In this document: positions 39,735 to 49,664 of the stretch, in pieces
Layout of the letters: every line of letters starts with the position of its first letter
Numbering within the stretch: position 1 is the first letter of the stretch
Assembly: GCA_021462855.1 (NCBI GenBank)
Contig: JAJTXQ010000014.1
Span: forward strand, 42,042-106,041
From: Dehalococcoidia bacterium
GTDB lineage: Bacteria > Chloroflexota > Dehalococcoidia > DSTF01 > JACRBR01
Direction: 5' to 3'
DNA length: 64,000 nt
Program-made: the position numbers and the translations under genes
The notes under the pieces: model-generated
Databases searched by the model: none
The model's input: the letters and a program-made list of their open reading frames with translations, nothing else
Told to the model about the DNA's origin: nothing

Positions 39735-41777
39735 ATGAGACCCAAGGGCCGATTCCTCGCCATCCTCGCCGTGATGGCATCGCTCCTGCTCACGCTGGGC
39801 GTAACCGTGAGCTGCAGCGACGACGACAACGGCAACGGCAACGGATCCGCCGGGAGCGGCGATTTGGACGCGATTGCCCAGGAGCGCGGGCTTTCGCCGG
39901 ATGACATGCGGCACGCGCTCCAGAGCTTCGTCCCGCCCGGCAAGTTCGACGACTACGTGCTGCTGGCCTCGGGCGGCCACTCCGGGCAGATGCTCGTGAT
40001 CGGCATGCCGTCGATGCGCATCCTCAAGGTCATCGGCGTGTTCACCCCCGAGCCGTGGCAGGGTTACCTCTACGGTTCCGACTGGGGCGAGGTCGCGAAC
40101 GTGGACGCTGACCAGGCCAACCCGCCAACCGAGCTGAGCTGGGGCGACACGCACCACCCCGCAATCAGCGAGACCAACGGCGAGTACGACGGCCGGTTCG
40201 TGTACATCCAGGACCGCGCGAACGGGCGGGTTGGATTCGTCGACCTGCGCGACTTCCGCACGAAGCAGGTCCTCGCCATCCCGAACATCCAGACGTCCCA
40301 CGGCGGCATGTTCGTGACGCCGAACTCCGAGTACGTCCACGTCTCCTCGAAGTTCCCGGAGGTGTGGCCCGAGGGAGCGTATGCGGACCTCACCGAGTAC
40401 AAGGAGAAGTACCACAGCGTCTCGACGTGGCTGAAGATCGACCAGACCACGGGCAAGCTCAACCTCGCCGAGAGCTTCCAGGTCGAGATCCCGCCCTACA
40501 CGCAGGACCTCGCCGACGCGGGCAAGAAAGTCAGCGACGGCTGGGGCTTCATCGGCTCGTTCAACACCGAGATGGCCACCGGCGGCAACATGGAAGGTGG
40601 CCAGTCGATGGAGGCGGGCGCGTCGAAGAACAACTTCGACTACCTGCACGCCATCAACTGGAAGAAGGCCGAGGAAGTCGCGAAGGCCGGCAAGGTCGAG
40701 GAGATGAACGGCATCCGCGTCATCCGCCTCCAGACCGCGATCGAAGAAGGCATCCTCTACCTGATCCCCGAGCCCAAGAGCCCCCACGGCATCGACGTGG
40801 ACCCCTCGGGCCGGTACATGGTCGTCGGTGGCAAGCTTGACCCGCACGTCACCGTCTACGACTTCAACAAGATGCAGACCGCCATCGAGAACAAGGACTT
40901 CGAGGGGAACGACGTCTTCGGCGTGCCGATCCTCAAGTTCGACTCGGTGATGTCCGGCCAGGTCGAAGTCGGCGCGGGCCCGCTGCACACGCAGTTCGAC
41001 AGCAAGGGCCACGGCTACACGTCGCTCTTCCTGGAGAGCGCCGTCGCCAAGTTCACGCTCGGCGACGACGTCGTGCAGACCGGCGAGACGCCGTACACGC
41101 TCGTCGACAAGGTCGCGGTCAACTACAACATCGGCCACCTCGCGATCACCGAGGGCGACACGACGACGCCAGACGACAAGTACCTCGTCGCGCTGAACAA
41201 GTGGTCGATCGACCGGTTCCTGACCGTCGGTCCGCTGCACCCGCAGAACTTCCAGCTGATCGACCTCAAGGGAGGCGACGGCGGGAAGATGGAACTCATC
41301 TCCGACATGCCGATCGGCGTCGGCGAGCCGCACTACGTGCAGATCATCAAGGCCGACAAGATCAAGGCGCTCGATGTCTACCCGGCCGGCACCGACTCAG
41401 CGACGATGCAGAAGAGCGAGTTCGCCATCGAGGGTGGCCAGGAGAAGACGGAGCGCAACGGCAACACCGTCGAGGTGTGGATGTCCGCGCAGCGGAGCCA
41501 CTTCACCCCCGACATCATCCGCGTGAAGCAGGGCGACACCGTCAAGCTCCACATCACGAACGTCGAACAGACGAAGGACGCCACGCACGGGTTCGGCATC
41601 GCCGACTACAACATCCAGGCGAGCCTGGAGCCGGGCGAAGTGTCGAACTTCGAGTTCACCGCAGACAAGTCGGGCGCGTTCAACTTCTACTGCACGGAGT
41701 TCTGCTCGGCGCTGCACCTGGAAATGGCGGGCTGGCTGCTCGTCGAGCCCGCGGGCTCGGCCATGGCCGCCCCGTAG
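39735..41777 (+). CDS. nosZ: nitrous-oxide reductase, clade II (Sec/lipoprotein-type) NosZ
   Basis: 680 aa; non-Tat lipoprotein signal (single R; LLLTLGVTVSC); beta-propeller CuZ domain with conserved His ligands; C-terminal CuA cupredoxin motif HGFGI...FYCTEFCSALHLEMAG. Confidence 0.93.
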   Translation: MRPKGRFLAILAVMASLLLTLGVTVSCSDDDNGNGNGSAGSGDLDAIAQERGLSPDDMRHALQSFVPPGKFDDYVLLASGGHSGQMLVIGMPSMRILKVIGVFTPEPWQGYLYGSDWGEVANVDADQANPPTELSWGDTHHPAISETNGEYDGRFVYIQDRANGRVGFVDLRDFRTKQVLAIPNIQTSHGGMFVTPNSEYVHVSSKFPEVWPEGAYADLTEYKEKYHSVSTWLKIDQTTGKLNLAESFQVEIPPYTQDLADAGKKVSDGWGFIGSFNTEMATGGNMEGGQSMEAGASKNNFDYLHAINWKKAEEVAKAGKVEEMNGIRVIRLQTAIEEGILYLIPEPKSPHGIDVDPSGRYMVVGGKLDPHVTVYDFNKMQTAIENKDFEGNDVFGVPILKFDSVMSGQVEVGAGPLHTQFDSKGHGYTSLFLESAVAKFTLGDDVVQTGETPYTLVDKVAVNYNIGHLAITEGDTTTPDDKYLVALNKWSIDRFLTVGPLHPQNFQLIDLKGGDGGKMELISDMPIGVGEPHYVQIIKADKIKALDVYPAGTDSATMQKSEFAIEGGQEKTERNGNTVEVWMSAQRSHFTPDIIRVKQGDTVKLHITNVEQTKDATHGFGIADYNIQASLEPGEVSNFEFTADKSGAFNFYCTEFCSALHLEMAGWLLVEPAGSAMAAP

Positions 41778-41850
41778 CAATCAACTCCACTGGCGGTGCG
41801 GGCCACGGTGGCCCGCACCCGCCCGTGGTGCATCTTGAGGGAGGTGCATC

Positions 41851-42531
41851 ATGAACAAGATCTTCGGTAAGCCTGACCTGACGTGGATCGTTAGCGCCGT
41901 CATCGCCTGCGCGCTGCTCGCCAGCTCCGCGCTCGTCCCGCTGTGGAAGATGGAGCTCGTCGCGCCGCAATACCCGGAGGGCCTCGTCATGAAGGCGTTC
42001 GGGTACAAGTTCGTCGACGACCCGGGCAGCCGGTACGATGATGTGCGCGAGATCAACGGCCTCAACCACTACATCGGCATGAAGCCGATCGAGGAAGTCT
42101 TCGAGATGCAGATGTTCCTGCCCGGCCTCGCCGCGCTGATCGTCGGCACGCTCGTGCTGAGCTTCGTGAAGTGGCGCCGCACGTGGGTGCGCGGGGTGCT
42201 CATCGCGGGCTTCTGGTTCATCCCGCTGTTCTTCCTCGCCGACCTGCAGGCATGGCTGTACTACTACGGGCACACCATGGACCCCGAAGCCGCGCTCAAC
42301 ACCGGCGACTTCACGCCAAAGGTGATCGGCACGACGAAGGTGTGGAACTTCCACTCCGAGAACAGCGTCGACATCGGCTTCTGGCTGATGGTCATGGCCG
42401 CCCTCGTCATTACGTTCGTACCGCTGTCGGTACGGCTGTTCCGCCGCCTGCGCGCCGCGTCTCCCTCAAACCGGCGCGCAGAGACGGCGGGCCGCGCCGC
42501 AAGCGTCGGCAGCATGAGCGGAGCGCGATAA
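41851..42531 (+). CDS. polytopic membrane protein, NosB-like (clade II nos accessory)
   Basis: 226 aa, 5-6 TM, immediately after nosZ as nosB is in clade II clusters. Family assigned by position and topology only. Confidence 0.55.
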   Translation: MNKIFGKPDLTWIVSAVIACALLASSALVPLWKMELVAPQYPEGLVMKAFGYKFVDDPGSRYDDVREINGLNHYIGMKPIEEVFEMQMFLPGLAALIVGTLVLSFVKWRRTWVRGVLIAGFWFIPLFFLADLQAWLYYYGHTMDPEAALNTGDFTPKVIGTTKVWNFHSENSVDIGFWLMVMAALVITFVPLSVRLFRRLRAASPSNRRAETAGRAASVGSMSGAR

Positions 42532-44036
42532 TGCGTACGCTCGCCGTGGCCGCCGTCCTGGCAGCTACGGCAATCCTGGGGGTGGGCGCGCAGACCGGCG
42601 CGCACAGCGCTGGCGAGGCGCCCACCCTGCAGGAGCGCATCGACCAGGCCGCGCCCGAAGACATCATCGTCGTCGAGGGCGGCACCTTCCACGAGCGCAT
42701 CACCATCAACAAGCCGGTGTCCCTCATCGGGCGCGGCTGGCCCGTCATCGACGGTGGCGGTCAGGGCGACGTCGTGACCATCACCGCCGATGACGCTGTC
42801 ATCTCGGGCTTCGAGGTACGCAACAGCAGCAAGAGCATCTCCACCGAGCCCGCCGCCATCAAGGTCAGCGATGCCGACCGCGTCAGCATCAAGAACAACC
42901 GCGTGCGCGATGCGTACTTCGCGGTGCACATGACGGGCTCGGACAGCAGCACGGTCGCTGACAACGACATCCACGCCGGCGCCGGGGTGGATGAGGGGCG
43001 GCGGGGACACGCGCTGTACCTCTGGGAAGTGCACAACTCGCAGATCCACCGCAACCGCATCCGCGAGGCGGCCGACGGGATCCACCTGGAGTTCGCGAAC
43101 GACAACCTGATCGTCGAGAACACGGTCACCGGCAGCCGCTACGCGCTGCATTTCATGTACTCGCACAAGAACACGATCGTCCGCAACACCTTCACCGGCA
43201 ACCTCGCCGGCGCCGTGCTGATGTTCTCCCACGACCTCGTCGTCAAGGACAACGAGTTCTCGCAGAACCGCGAAGGGGCGACGGGCGCCGGCATGCTGCT
43301 CAAGGACAACGACAACCTCTTCGCCGAGGGCAACCGCATGCTGCGCAACAAGTACGGCATGACGGTTGAAGGCACGCCGCAGACGAAGGGCACCACGGCC
43401 GTGTTCCGCCGCAACCTGTTCGCTCTCAACGACGTCGGCATCGCGCTGACGTCGAACTCGCCGATCACGTTCGTGGAGAACGCGGCGATCGACAACGGCG
43501 TGCAGGTCAAGGCGCTAAGCGGCGCGATCGCCGGCCAGGCGCTCGCCGGCCACGGCGGTTCGCTTCCCGCGCGCGGCCCCGGCGACGATGACGAGCAGGC
43601 GCGCCTGCCCGCGGGCGCCGTGTTCACAAGCAACGGCCGCGGGAACTACTGGAGCGACTACCGCGGCTACGACGCCGACGGCGACGGGGTTGGCGACCAG
43701 CCGTACCTGCCACGCCCGGCGTTCGCCGGCAAGCTGGATGACGACGACACGCTGCGCCTGTTCCAGTTCACCCCGGCGCAGCAGGCGATCGACCTCGCCG
43801 CCGACCTCTTTCCGATCTTCCGCTATCACGCAGTCATCGAGGACCAGGGACCGCTCATGTCACCGCCGGAAGGCCTGGGCGTCCCGCATGGCGAAGGCGT
43901 CAACGTACGCCTGCTCGCTGCGAGCGGCGTCCTGCTGCTCGTTTCGGCGAGCGCCACGCTCTGGCTCTCGGGAGCAGATGCCCGTAACGCATGGCGGGCG
44001 GCCGGCGGCCGCGTTCGGCCCTCGGAGATATCATGA
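42531..44036 (+). CDS. nosD: nitrous-oxidase accessory protein NosD (periplasmic right-handed beta-helix, Cu insertion)
   Basis: Signal peptide, repeated beta-helix NosD/CASH-type repeats (VSGFEVRNSS, NNRVRDAYFAVHM, NTVTGSRYALHFMYS). TAATG overlap with the upstream gene. Confidence 0.88.
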   Translation: MRTLAVAAVLAATAILGVGAQTGAHSAGEAPTLQERIDQAAPEDIIVVEGGTFHERITINKPVSLIGRGWPVIDGGGQGDVVTITADDAVISGFEVRNSSKSISTEPAAIKVSDADRVSIKNNRVRDAYFAVHMTGSDSSTVADNDIHAGAGVDEGRRGHALYLWEVHNSQIHRNRIREAADGIHLEFANDNLIVENTVTGSRYALHFMYSHKNTIVRNTFTGNLAGAVLMFSHDLVVKDNEFSQNREGATGAGMLLKDNDNLFAEGNRMLRNKYGMTVEGTPQTKGTTAVFRRNLFALNDVGIALTSNSPITFVENAAIDNGVQVKALSGAIAGQALAGHGGSLPARGPGDDDEQARLPAGAVFTSNGRGNYWSDYRGYDADGDGVGDQPYLPRPAFAGKLDDDDTLRLFQFTPAQQAIDLAADLFPIFRYHAVIEDQGPLMSPPEGLGVPHGEGVNVRLLAASGVLLLVSASATLWLSGADARNAWRAAGGRVRPSEIS

Positions 44037-44881
44037 ATGCGATGCCTGATGACAAACCACGGCCCATGCTCCGCGTGCAGTCGCTCCAGCGCTCGTACGG
44101 CAAGCGCGTGGTGCTGCGCGACGTCACCTTCGATGCGGCGGCCGGCAGCGTCATAGCGCTACTCGGCAGCAACGGCGCCGGCAAGACCACCGCGCTCAAG
44201 TGCATCCTCGGCGTCATCTCGTTCGGCGGCGAGATAGAGGTCGACGGCTGCTCCGTGAAGAAGGACGGCAAGGAGGCGCGCAAGCGCATCGGCTACGTGC
44301 CGCAACTGCCCGCCCTGGCCGAGGGCGACACCTGCCAGCAGGCGCTCGAATTCATCGCCGACCTGAAGGGCGCGCCACGCGCCGGGATCACGCCCGCGCT
44401 CGAGCTCGTGAACCTGGCGCAGGAGCGCGACGCGAGGATCGGCCAGCTCTCCGGCGGCATGCGCCAGCGCCTGGCCGTCGCCGCGGCCGTGCTGGGCGGC
44501 CCGCCCGTGCTGCTGCTCGACGAGCCGACGGCCAGCCTCGACATCGACAGCAAGCGGGAGTTCCAGCAGCTGATCCTGCGCCTGCGCGACGAGGGTAAGA
44601 CGATCATCCTCTCGACGCACTTCTTCGAGCACCTCGAGGAGCTTGCCGACCGCGTGCTCATCCTGCATGACGGCCGCGTCGCCTTCGATGGCACGACCGA
44701 CGACCTGGCGGCGACGTCCCGCAGCAAGCGCCTCGTCGTCAACCTCAACGGGCACAGCCCGTCGGAGACCGCCGCCGTCCTCGAACGCGCGGGCATCGAC
44801 CGCTCGCGCATCCAGCCCGTAGCGATGGGCTGGGAGGACATCGTGCTGGCGACGCAGCAGACCGAGGAGGACGCGCAATGA
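44033..44881 (+). CDS. nosF: ABC transporter ATP-binding protein NosF
   Basis: Walker A GSNGAGKTT, signature LSGGMRQR, Walker B LLLDEPT. ATGA overlap with the nosD stop. Confidence 0.85.
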   Translation: MNAMPDDKPRPMLRVQSLQRSYGKRVVLRDVTFDAAAGSVIALLGSNGAGKTTALKCILGVISFGGEIEVDGCSVKKDGKEARKRIGYVPQLPALAEGDTCQQALEFIADLKGAPRAGITPALELVNLAQERDARIGQLSGGMRQRLAVAAAVLGGPPVLLLDEPTASLDIDSKREFQQLILRLRDEGKTIILSTHFFEHLEELADRVLILHDGRVAFDGTTDDLAATSRSKRLVVNLNGHSPSETAAVLERAGIDRSRIQPVAMGWEDIVLATQQTEEDAQ

Positions 44882-45702
44882 ACGCCGTCGTCACCGTTGC
44901 CCGCAAGGAAGTGCGCGACGCGCTCAACAGCACGTGGCTGCTCCTCTACGCGGTGATGTTCACCGCGCTCGCTCTCGGCCTCTCGTACCTCGGCGAGCGC
45001 AACCTCGGCTCGCTCGGGTTCGAGAACTTCAGCCGCACGACCGCGAGCCTGCTCAACCTGTGCCTGCTGCTGGCGCCGCTCGTCGCGCTCGCGCTGAGTT
45101 CGGGCGCGATCGCAGGCGAGCGCGACCGCGGCACGCTGACGTTCCTGCTCGCGCAGCCACTCGAGCGCTGGGAGCTGCTGCTTGGCAAGTACGCCGGCCT
45201 CGCCGCGTCGATCGGGCTCGCGACGGCCGCCGGGTTCGGCGTCGCCGGCAGCCTCATCGCGCTGCAGTCCTCGGCGATGGACGCAGGGACGTACATCCTG
45301 TTCCTCGGCCTCGTGCTGGCGCTGATCGTGGTGATGACGGGGCTCGGCCTCGTCGTGTCGGTCGTGTCGGAGTCGCGCGTGCAGGCGCTTGGCATGGCGA
45401 TGCTGATCTGGTTCGTGGCGGCCTTCTTCTTCGACCTCGTGCTGATCGGCATGGTGTCGACGACGTCGCTCGGCGGCGGCGGCCTGCTGCTCGCGCTGCT
45501 TGCGAACCCGATCGAGATCGTGCGCGTGCTGGCGATCATCCGGCTCGAGCCGGACCTGCAGATCCTCGGGCCCTTCGGCTCGTACCTCATGGAGCGCGTC
45601 GGCACGACAGGCGCGACGGTGATCCTCAGCACGGCGCTGCTGGCGTGGATCGCCGTGCCGGTCGGCATCGCCGCATGGCTGTTCGAGGCGCGGGAGGACT
45701 GA
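44878..45702 (+). CDS. nosY: ABC-2 type permease NosY
   Basis: 274 aa, 6 TM, follows nosF with ATGA overlap; GAGGAGG SD. Confidence 0.8.
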   Translation: MNAVVTVARKEVRDALNSTWLLLYAVMFTALALGLSYLGERNLGSLGFENFSRTTASLLNLCLLLAPLVALALSSGAIAGERDRGTLTFLLAQPLERWELLLGKYAGLAASIGLATAAGFGVAGSLIALQSSAMDAGTYILFLGLVLALIVVMTGLGLVVSVVSESRVQALGMAMLIWFVAAFFFDLVLIGMVSTTSLGGGGLLLALLANPIEIVRVLAIIRLEPDLQILGPFGSYLMERVGTTGATVILSTALLAWIAVPVGIAAWLFEARED

Positions 45703-46001
45703 TGGGCCGATGGATCGTCCCGGCCATCGGCGCGCTCGTCCTCAGCGTCGCGATCGTCGCTGGCGCGCTCATTTGGGCCGGCTCCTCCGGCAGCGAGGCA
45801 TCGTGCGACCGCAACGCGCTCGCCGATGCGGCGCGTGACGGGATCGCCGCCGCCGAGCGGGCCGACGACCAGCAAGTGACGATCGAGATGGGCGACGGCT
45901 GCGGGGACGCCGACCTCGAGTTCGTCCTGCCCGAGGTCACTCGGGACTGGCACGTCATGCCCGGCGGCACGCTGATGCGCGCTTCCCAGCACTCCAACTA
46001 G
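45702..46001 (+). CDS. small N-terminally anchored protein at the end of the nos cluster (possible minimal NosL-like; unassigned)
   Basis: 99 aa, one TM then a soluble domain with Cys/Met/His (GDGCGDAD..HVMPGG). TGATG overlap with nosY. Shorter than typical NosL (~170-190 aa). Confidence 0.4.
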   Translation: MGRWIVPAIGALVLSVAIVAGALIWAGSSGSEASCDRNALADAARDGIAAAERADDQQVTIEMGDGCGDADLEFVLPEVTRDWHVMPGGTLMRASQHSN

Positions 46002-46084
46002 CGCGGCGCCAAGGCGCCCGATCGCCCAGAATCCTCCCGCGGGGTGGTTCCAACCTGCCGGGACTGGGCGTACACTCGCGCCTG

Positions 46085-47098
46085 ATGGAATCCGCTGCAA
46101 CCGATTCGCAGGCGGCGACATTCCTGCGACTGATGACCGAGGCCGAATGGTCCGCGCTGCGCGCGACCATGGAGCGGCGCGCGTACGCCGCGGGCGTGCG
46201 CCTCATCGAGCAGGGGACGCCCGAACCGGAGTTCCACGTCATCGTCGAGGGCACCGTCACGGTGATGGCAACCGGGCCGCATGGCGAGCCGCGCGAGGTC
46301 GGCCTCCTGGGGCCGGGTGACGCGCTTGGCGACATGTCGCTCCTCACCGGCGAGCCCGCCTCCGCCGACGCCGTGGCACGCACAGCGGTCACGACATACG
46401 CCATGCCGCAGGAGCGCGTCGCCGCGCTCGGCGACATGCGCGCGCGCATCATGGAAGCGCTGGCGATGCTCCTCGCGCAGCGGCTGCGGCACGCCAATGA
46501 ACGGCTCGTCGCGAGGTACGCCGCGTGCGTCCACACGATCACCTGCGAGCCGTGCGACCTGCCCGCGCTCGCGCGCCTCCCGCACGAGATGGCACGCGTC
46601 GTCGGTGCGCCCGTGCTGGCAATCACGCCTGCGGGTGCGAGCAACGCGTCTGGCCTGCGCCCTTCGGCGCGCGTCACCGTGCGCGAGTGCGACGAACCAG
46701 CGCAGGCGCGCGACCTCCAGCGGCGGGCGGCGTTCGAGTTCGACCAGATCGTTGTGTTCGCGGCGCCCGGCACCGAGGCGCAGATCGATGGCGAGCTCAC
46801 CTCGCACACGCAGGCGCTCCGCGAAGGCGCGTCCACGACCGTGGCCGGGGACTGCGACGTCATCGCGCTCAGCCCGCTGCGCTGGACGCGCCCGGCGCTC
46901 CGCACGCTGGGCGGCGCCTTCGGCCGGAACGTGGTGGCGTGGTCCCCGCCGAACCGCAGCCGGCGCAGCACCGCGATCCCGTCGCAAAGCTCGCGCGCGT
47001 GCTCACCGGAAGGCAGGTCGGACTGGCGCTCGGCGCCGGCGCGGCGAAGGGGCTCGCGCACATCGGCGCGCTCCGCGCGATCGACGAAATGGGCGTGA
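46085..47098 (+). CDS. cyclic-nucleotide-binding (CAP_ED) domain ORF; likely N-terminal part of a cNMP-binding patatin-like phospholipase disrupted by a frameshift
   Basis: RLIEQGTPEPEFHVIVEGTVTVMATGPHGEPREVGLLGPGDALGDMSLLTGEPASADAVA matches the cNMP-binding beta-roll (GE...R.A phosphate-binding cassette). After about nt 46930 the frame becomes an R/S-rich shadow. Confidence 0.55.
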   Translation: MESAATDSQAATFLRLMTEAEWSALRATMERRAYAAGVRLIEQGTPEPEFHVIVEGTVTVMATGPHGEPREVGLLGPGDALGDMSLLTGEPASADAVARTAVTTYAMPQERVAALGDMRARIMEALAMLLAQRLRHANERLVARYAACVHTITCEPCDLPALARLPHEMARVVGAPVLAITPAGASNASGLRPSARVTVRECDEPAQARDLQRRAAFEFDQIVVFAAPGTEAQIDGELTSHTQALREGASTTVAGDCDVIALSPLRWTRPALRTLGGAFGRNVVAWSPPNRSRRSTAIPSQSSRACSPEGRSDWRSAPARRRGSRTSARSARSTKWA

Positions 47099-47808
47099 CG
47101 GCAGACGTCATCGCCGGCACGAGCATCGGCGCGGCGGTGGCCGCCGGGGGGGCGGCCGGCTACACGCCGCCGGAGCTCGACGAGGTGGTGTCGCGCATCG
47201 CCAGGCGCGCCCTGCGGCCGACGGTGCCGCTGCATTCGTTCCTGAGCAGCCGCGGCATCCGTGACGAGTTGGAGCTGGTCGGCGCGGGGCGGCGGTTCGA
47301 GGACCTCGACATCCCGCTCGCGATCTGCGCGACGGACATCGACCTGCGGCAGGAGGTGACGTTCACGACGGGCATCGTCTGGCCGCGCATTCTCGCCAGC
47401 ATGGCGATGCCCGGGATCTACCCCGCGCTCCGGTCCGGCGACAGTTACCTCGTCGATGGTGGCGTGCTGAACCCGATTCCGGCGCGCCAGTGCCGCATGC
47501 TCGGCGCCGGCGTCGTCGTGGCGCTGCGGCTCAGCGGCAAGCGCCACGACACGCCCCGCGCGGCCGGGACGAAGCCGAACCGCCCGTTCGCTCCGGACAC
47601 CATCCTCCGGTCGATGGAGATCATGCACAACCGCCTGTCCGAAATGAGCCGCCACGAGTCGGACCTGACGGTCGAGATGGCGATCGAGCACGGGGGGTTG
47701 CGCGACTTCCGCCGCAGGGAAGAGACTATCGACGAGGGCTACCGCGCAACGCTCGCCGCCGGGCAGGAGATCCGCGCGCTGCTCCCGTACGTCGGGGAGA
47801 GCGCATGA
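46946..47808 (+). CDS. patatin-like phospholipase domain (frame +1 relative to the cNMP ORF)
   Basis: GLALGAGAAKGLAHIGALRAIDEMGV (oxyanion GGxK), GTSIGAAVAA (GxSxG) and LVDGGVLNPIP (catalytic DGG). Candidate GTG start 46946; the track's frame-1 ORF from 46525 is low-complexity before that point. Confidence 0.6.
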
Positions 47809-48914
47809 CGCTGCTTGCGCTGCGCAACCTGGTGAGCGAGAAGACGCGATTCGCGTTCTCCGCCGCGGGCATCGGCTTCGCCGTCTTCCTCATCACGATG
47901 ATGCTCGGGTTGTACCAGGGCTGGAACACGAAGGTCGGCGGCTTCGTCGAGACTGTCGATGCCGACGCGTGGGTCGCCCGCAAGGGCACCACCGACTTCA
48001 TCAACGCGGCGTCGATCCTGCCCGATGACGTGGGCAGCGACATCGCCGCGACGAATGGCGTCACGTCGGTGCACCCGCTGATCGTGCGGCTGATGTCGTT
48101 CGAGAAAGACGGCAAGAAGGTGGACCTGCACCTCATCGGCTACGACGTGGCGTCCGGCGTCGGCGGGCCGGCGAAGGTGACGAAGGGCGCGAAGGAGCCG
48201 TCCGGCAACCAGATCATCATCGACGAGACGCTCTCGCGCACCGATGGCGTGAAGATCGGCGATGAGCTCAAGGCCGGCGACATGACGCTCGAAGTCGTCG
48301 GCATCGCCAGCGGCGCGAACTTCGCCATCTCACAGGGTGGGTTTATGGATGTCGACTCCGCGCGCGAGATGCTGAAGATGCCCGGGCTGTCGACGTTCTA
48401 CCTGTCGCGGCTCGACGAAGGCGCCGACGCGCGCACCTGGGGCGACGCGTTCAGCGCCGAGCACCCGGATCTCGCCGTGTTCACGTCCGGCGAGTTCGCC
48501 TCCGCGACACGTCACAGGATCCTCGACAACATCGTGCCGATCCTGTTCCTGATCGTCGGCCTGGCGTTCGTCGTCGGCATCGCCGTCACGAGTCTCACCA
48601 TCTACACGGCGACGGTCGAGCGCGCACGCGAATTCGGCGTGATGAAGGCGATCGGCTTTGACAACACGGACCTCTACAAACTGGTGATCAGCCAGAGCCT
48701 GATCACCGGCTTCCTCGGCTTCGTCTGGGGCGCGCTGTTGACGTACGCCCTGAGCCAGTTCGTCGACCTGCTCGTGCCGCAGTTCCTCGTGAACGTGCGG
48801 CTCGTCGACCTGGCGTTCGTGCTCGGCGCCACGCTGCTCATGGCAGCGCTCGCATCGATCGTCCCGGCGCGGCGCGTGGGCGCGGTCGACCCTGCCGTGG
48901 TGTTCAGGGGGTAG
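47805..48914 (+). CDS. ABC transporter permease, FtsX/MacB-like
   Basis: N-terminal TM, large periplasmic domain, and a C-terminal 3-TM FtsX domain (GVMKAIGFDNTDLYKLVISQSLITG). ATGA overlap with the patatin stop. Confidence 0.8.
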   Translation: MTLLALRNLVSEKTRFAFSAAGIGFAVFLITMMLGLYQGWNTKVGGFVETVDADAWVARKGTTDFINAASILPDDVGSDIAATNGVTSVHPLIVRLMSFEKDGKKVDLHLIGYDVASGVGGPAKVTKGAKEPSGNQIIIDETLSRTDGVKIGDELKAGDMTLEVVGIASGANFAISQGGFMDVDSAREMLKMPGLSTFYLSRLDEGADARTWGDAFSAEHPDLAVFTSGEFASATRHRILDNIVPILFLIVGLAFVVGIAVTSLTIYTATVERAREFGVMKAIGFDNTDLYKLVISQSLITGFLGFVWGALLTYALSQFVDLLVPQFLVNVRLVDLAFVLGATLLMAALASIVPARRVGAVDPAVVFRG

Positions 48915-48915
48915 C

Positions 48916-49635
48916 ATGGCCAACGCCGTCCTCGAGATGATCGACGTGACGCAGGTCTTCGGCGACAAGGCCAACCCCACGTACGCGCTGCGCAGCGTCT
49001 CGCTGCAGGTCGAGCAGCGCGAGGTGGTGATCATCATGGGACCCTCTGGCGCCGGCAAGTCGACGATGCTGTCGATCGCCGGCGGCCTGCTGCGCCCCAC
49101 GGCGGGCCGCGGGGTCATCGACGGCACGGAGATCACGCGCCTCGGCGACCGCGCGCTCGCCGCGGTACGGCTGCGCGGCATCGGCTTTGTGTTCCAGGAC
49201 TTCAACTTGCTCGAATCGCTGAACGTCATCCAGAACCTCGAGTTGGTGCTGGCCAGGGCCGGCGTGCGCGGCCGGGCGGCGACGGCGCGCGCCCACGAAA
49301 TCCTGCGCATCCTCGGCCTCGAACAGCGGATGGACTATCGCGTCGGACTGCTCAGCGGCGGTGAGCGCCAGCGCGTCGCGATCGCCCGCGCATTGTGCAA
49401 CAATCCCACCGTGATCATGGCCGACGAGCCGACGGCAAGCCTCGACGGCAAGCGGGGCGCCGAGGTCATGACGATGCTCCGCATGATCGCGCATGACATG
49501 GGCAAAGCGGTGCTCATGGTCAGCCACGACCACCGCGTGCTGGCGTACGCCGACCGCGTCGTCTGGCTGCAGGATGGGCTGCTCGAGAACCGCGAGCCGG
49601 AATCGATGGCAACGATCGCAGCGCCGCAGCACTGA
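48916..49635 (+). CDS. ABC transporter ATP-binding protein (MacB/LolD-like)
   Basis: Walker A GPSGAGKST, Q-loop, LSGGERQRVAIARAL, Walker B IMADEPT. Confidence 0.85.
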   Translation: MANAVLEMIDVTQVFGDKANPTYALRSVSLQVEQREVVIIMGPSGAGKSTMLSIAGGLLRPTAGRGVIDGTEITRLGDRALAAVRLRGIGFVFQDFNLLESLNVIQNLELVLARAGVRGRAATARAHEILRILGLEQRMDYRVGLLSGGERQRVAIARALCNNPTVIMADEPTASLDGKRGAEVMTMLRMIAHDMGKAVLMVSHDHRVLAYADRVVWLQDGLLENREPESMATIAAPQH

Positions 49636-49664
49636 TCCCGTAGCGCACAACAGAAGGATGGGGC

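Noticed and set aside
39690-43829. ORFs 39690..41333 (-), 41680..42354 (-), 42171..42530 (+ extension) and 42264..43232 (-) over nosZ/nosB/nosD
   Set aside because: Antisense shadows. The 5' extension of the nosD track ORF is the out-of-frame end of the nosB-like gene.
44946-47691. ORFs 44946..46121 (-) and 45955..47691 (-) antisense to nosY and the cNMP-patatin gene
   Set aside because: Low-complexity antisense frames.
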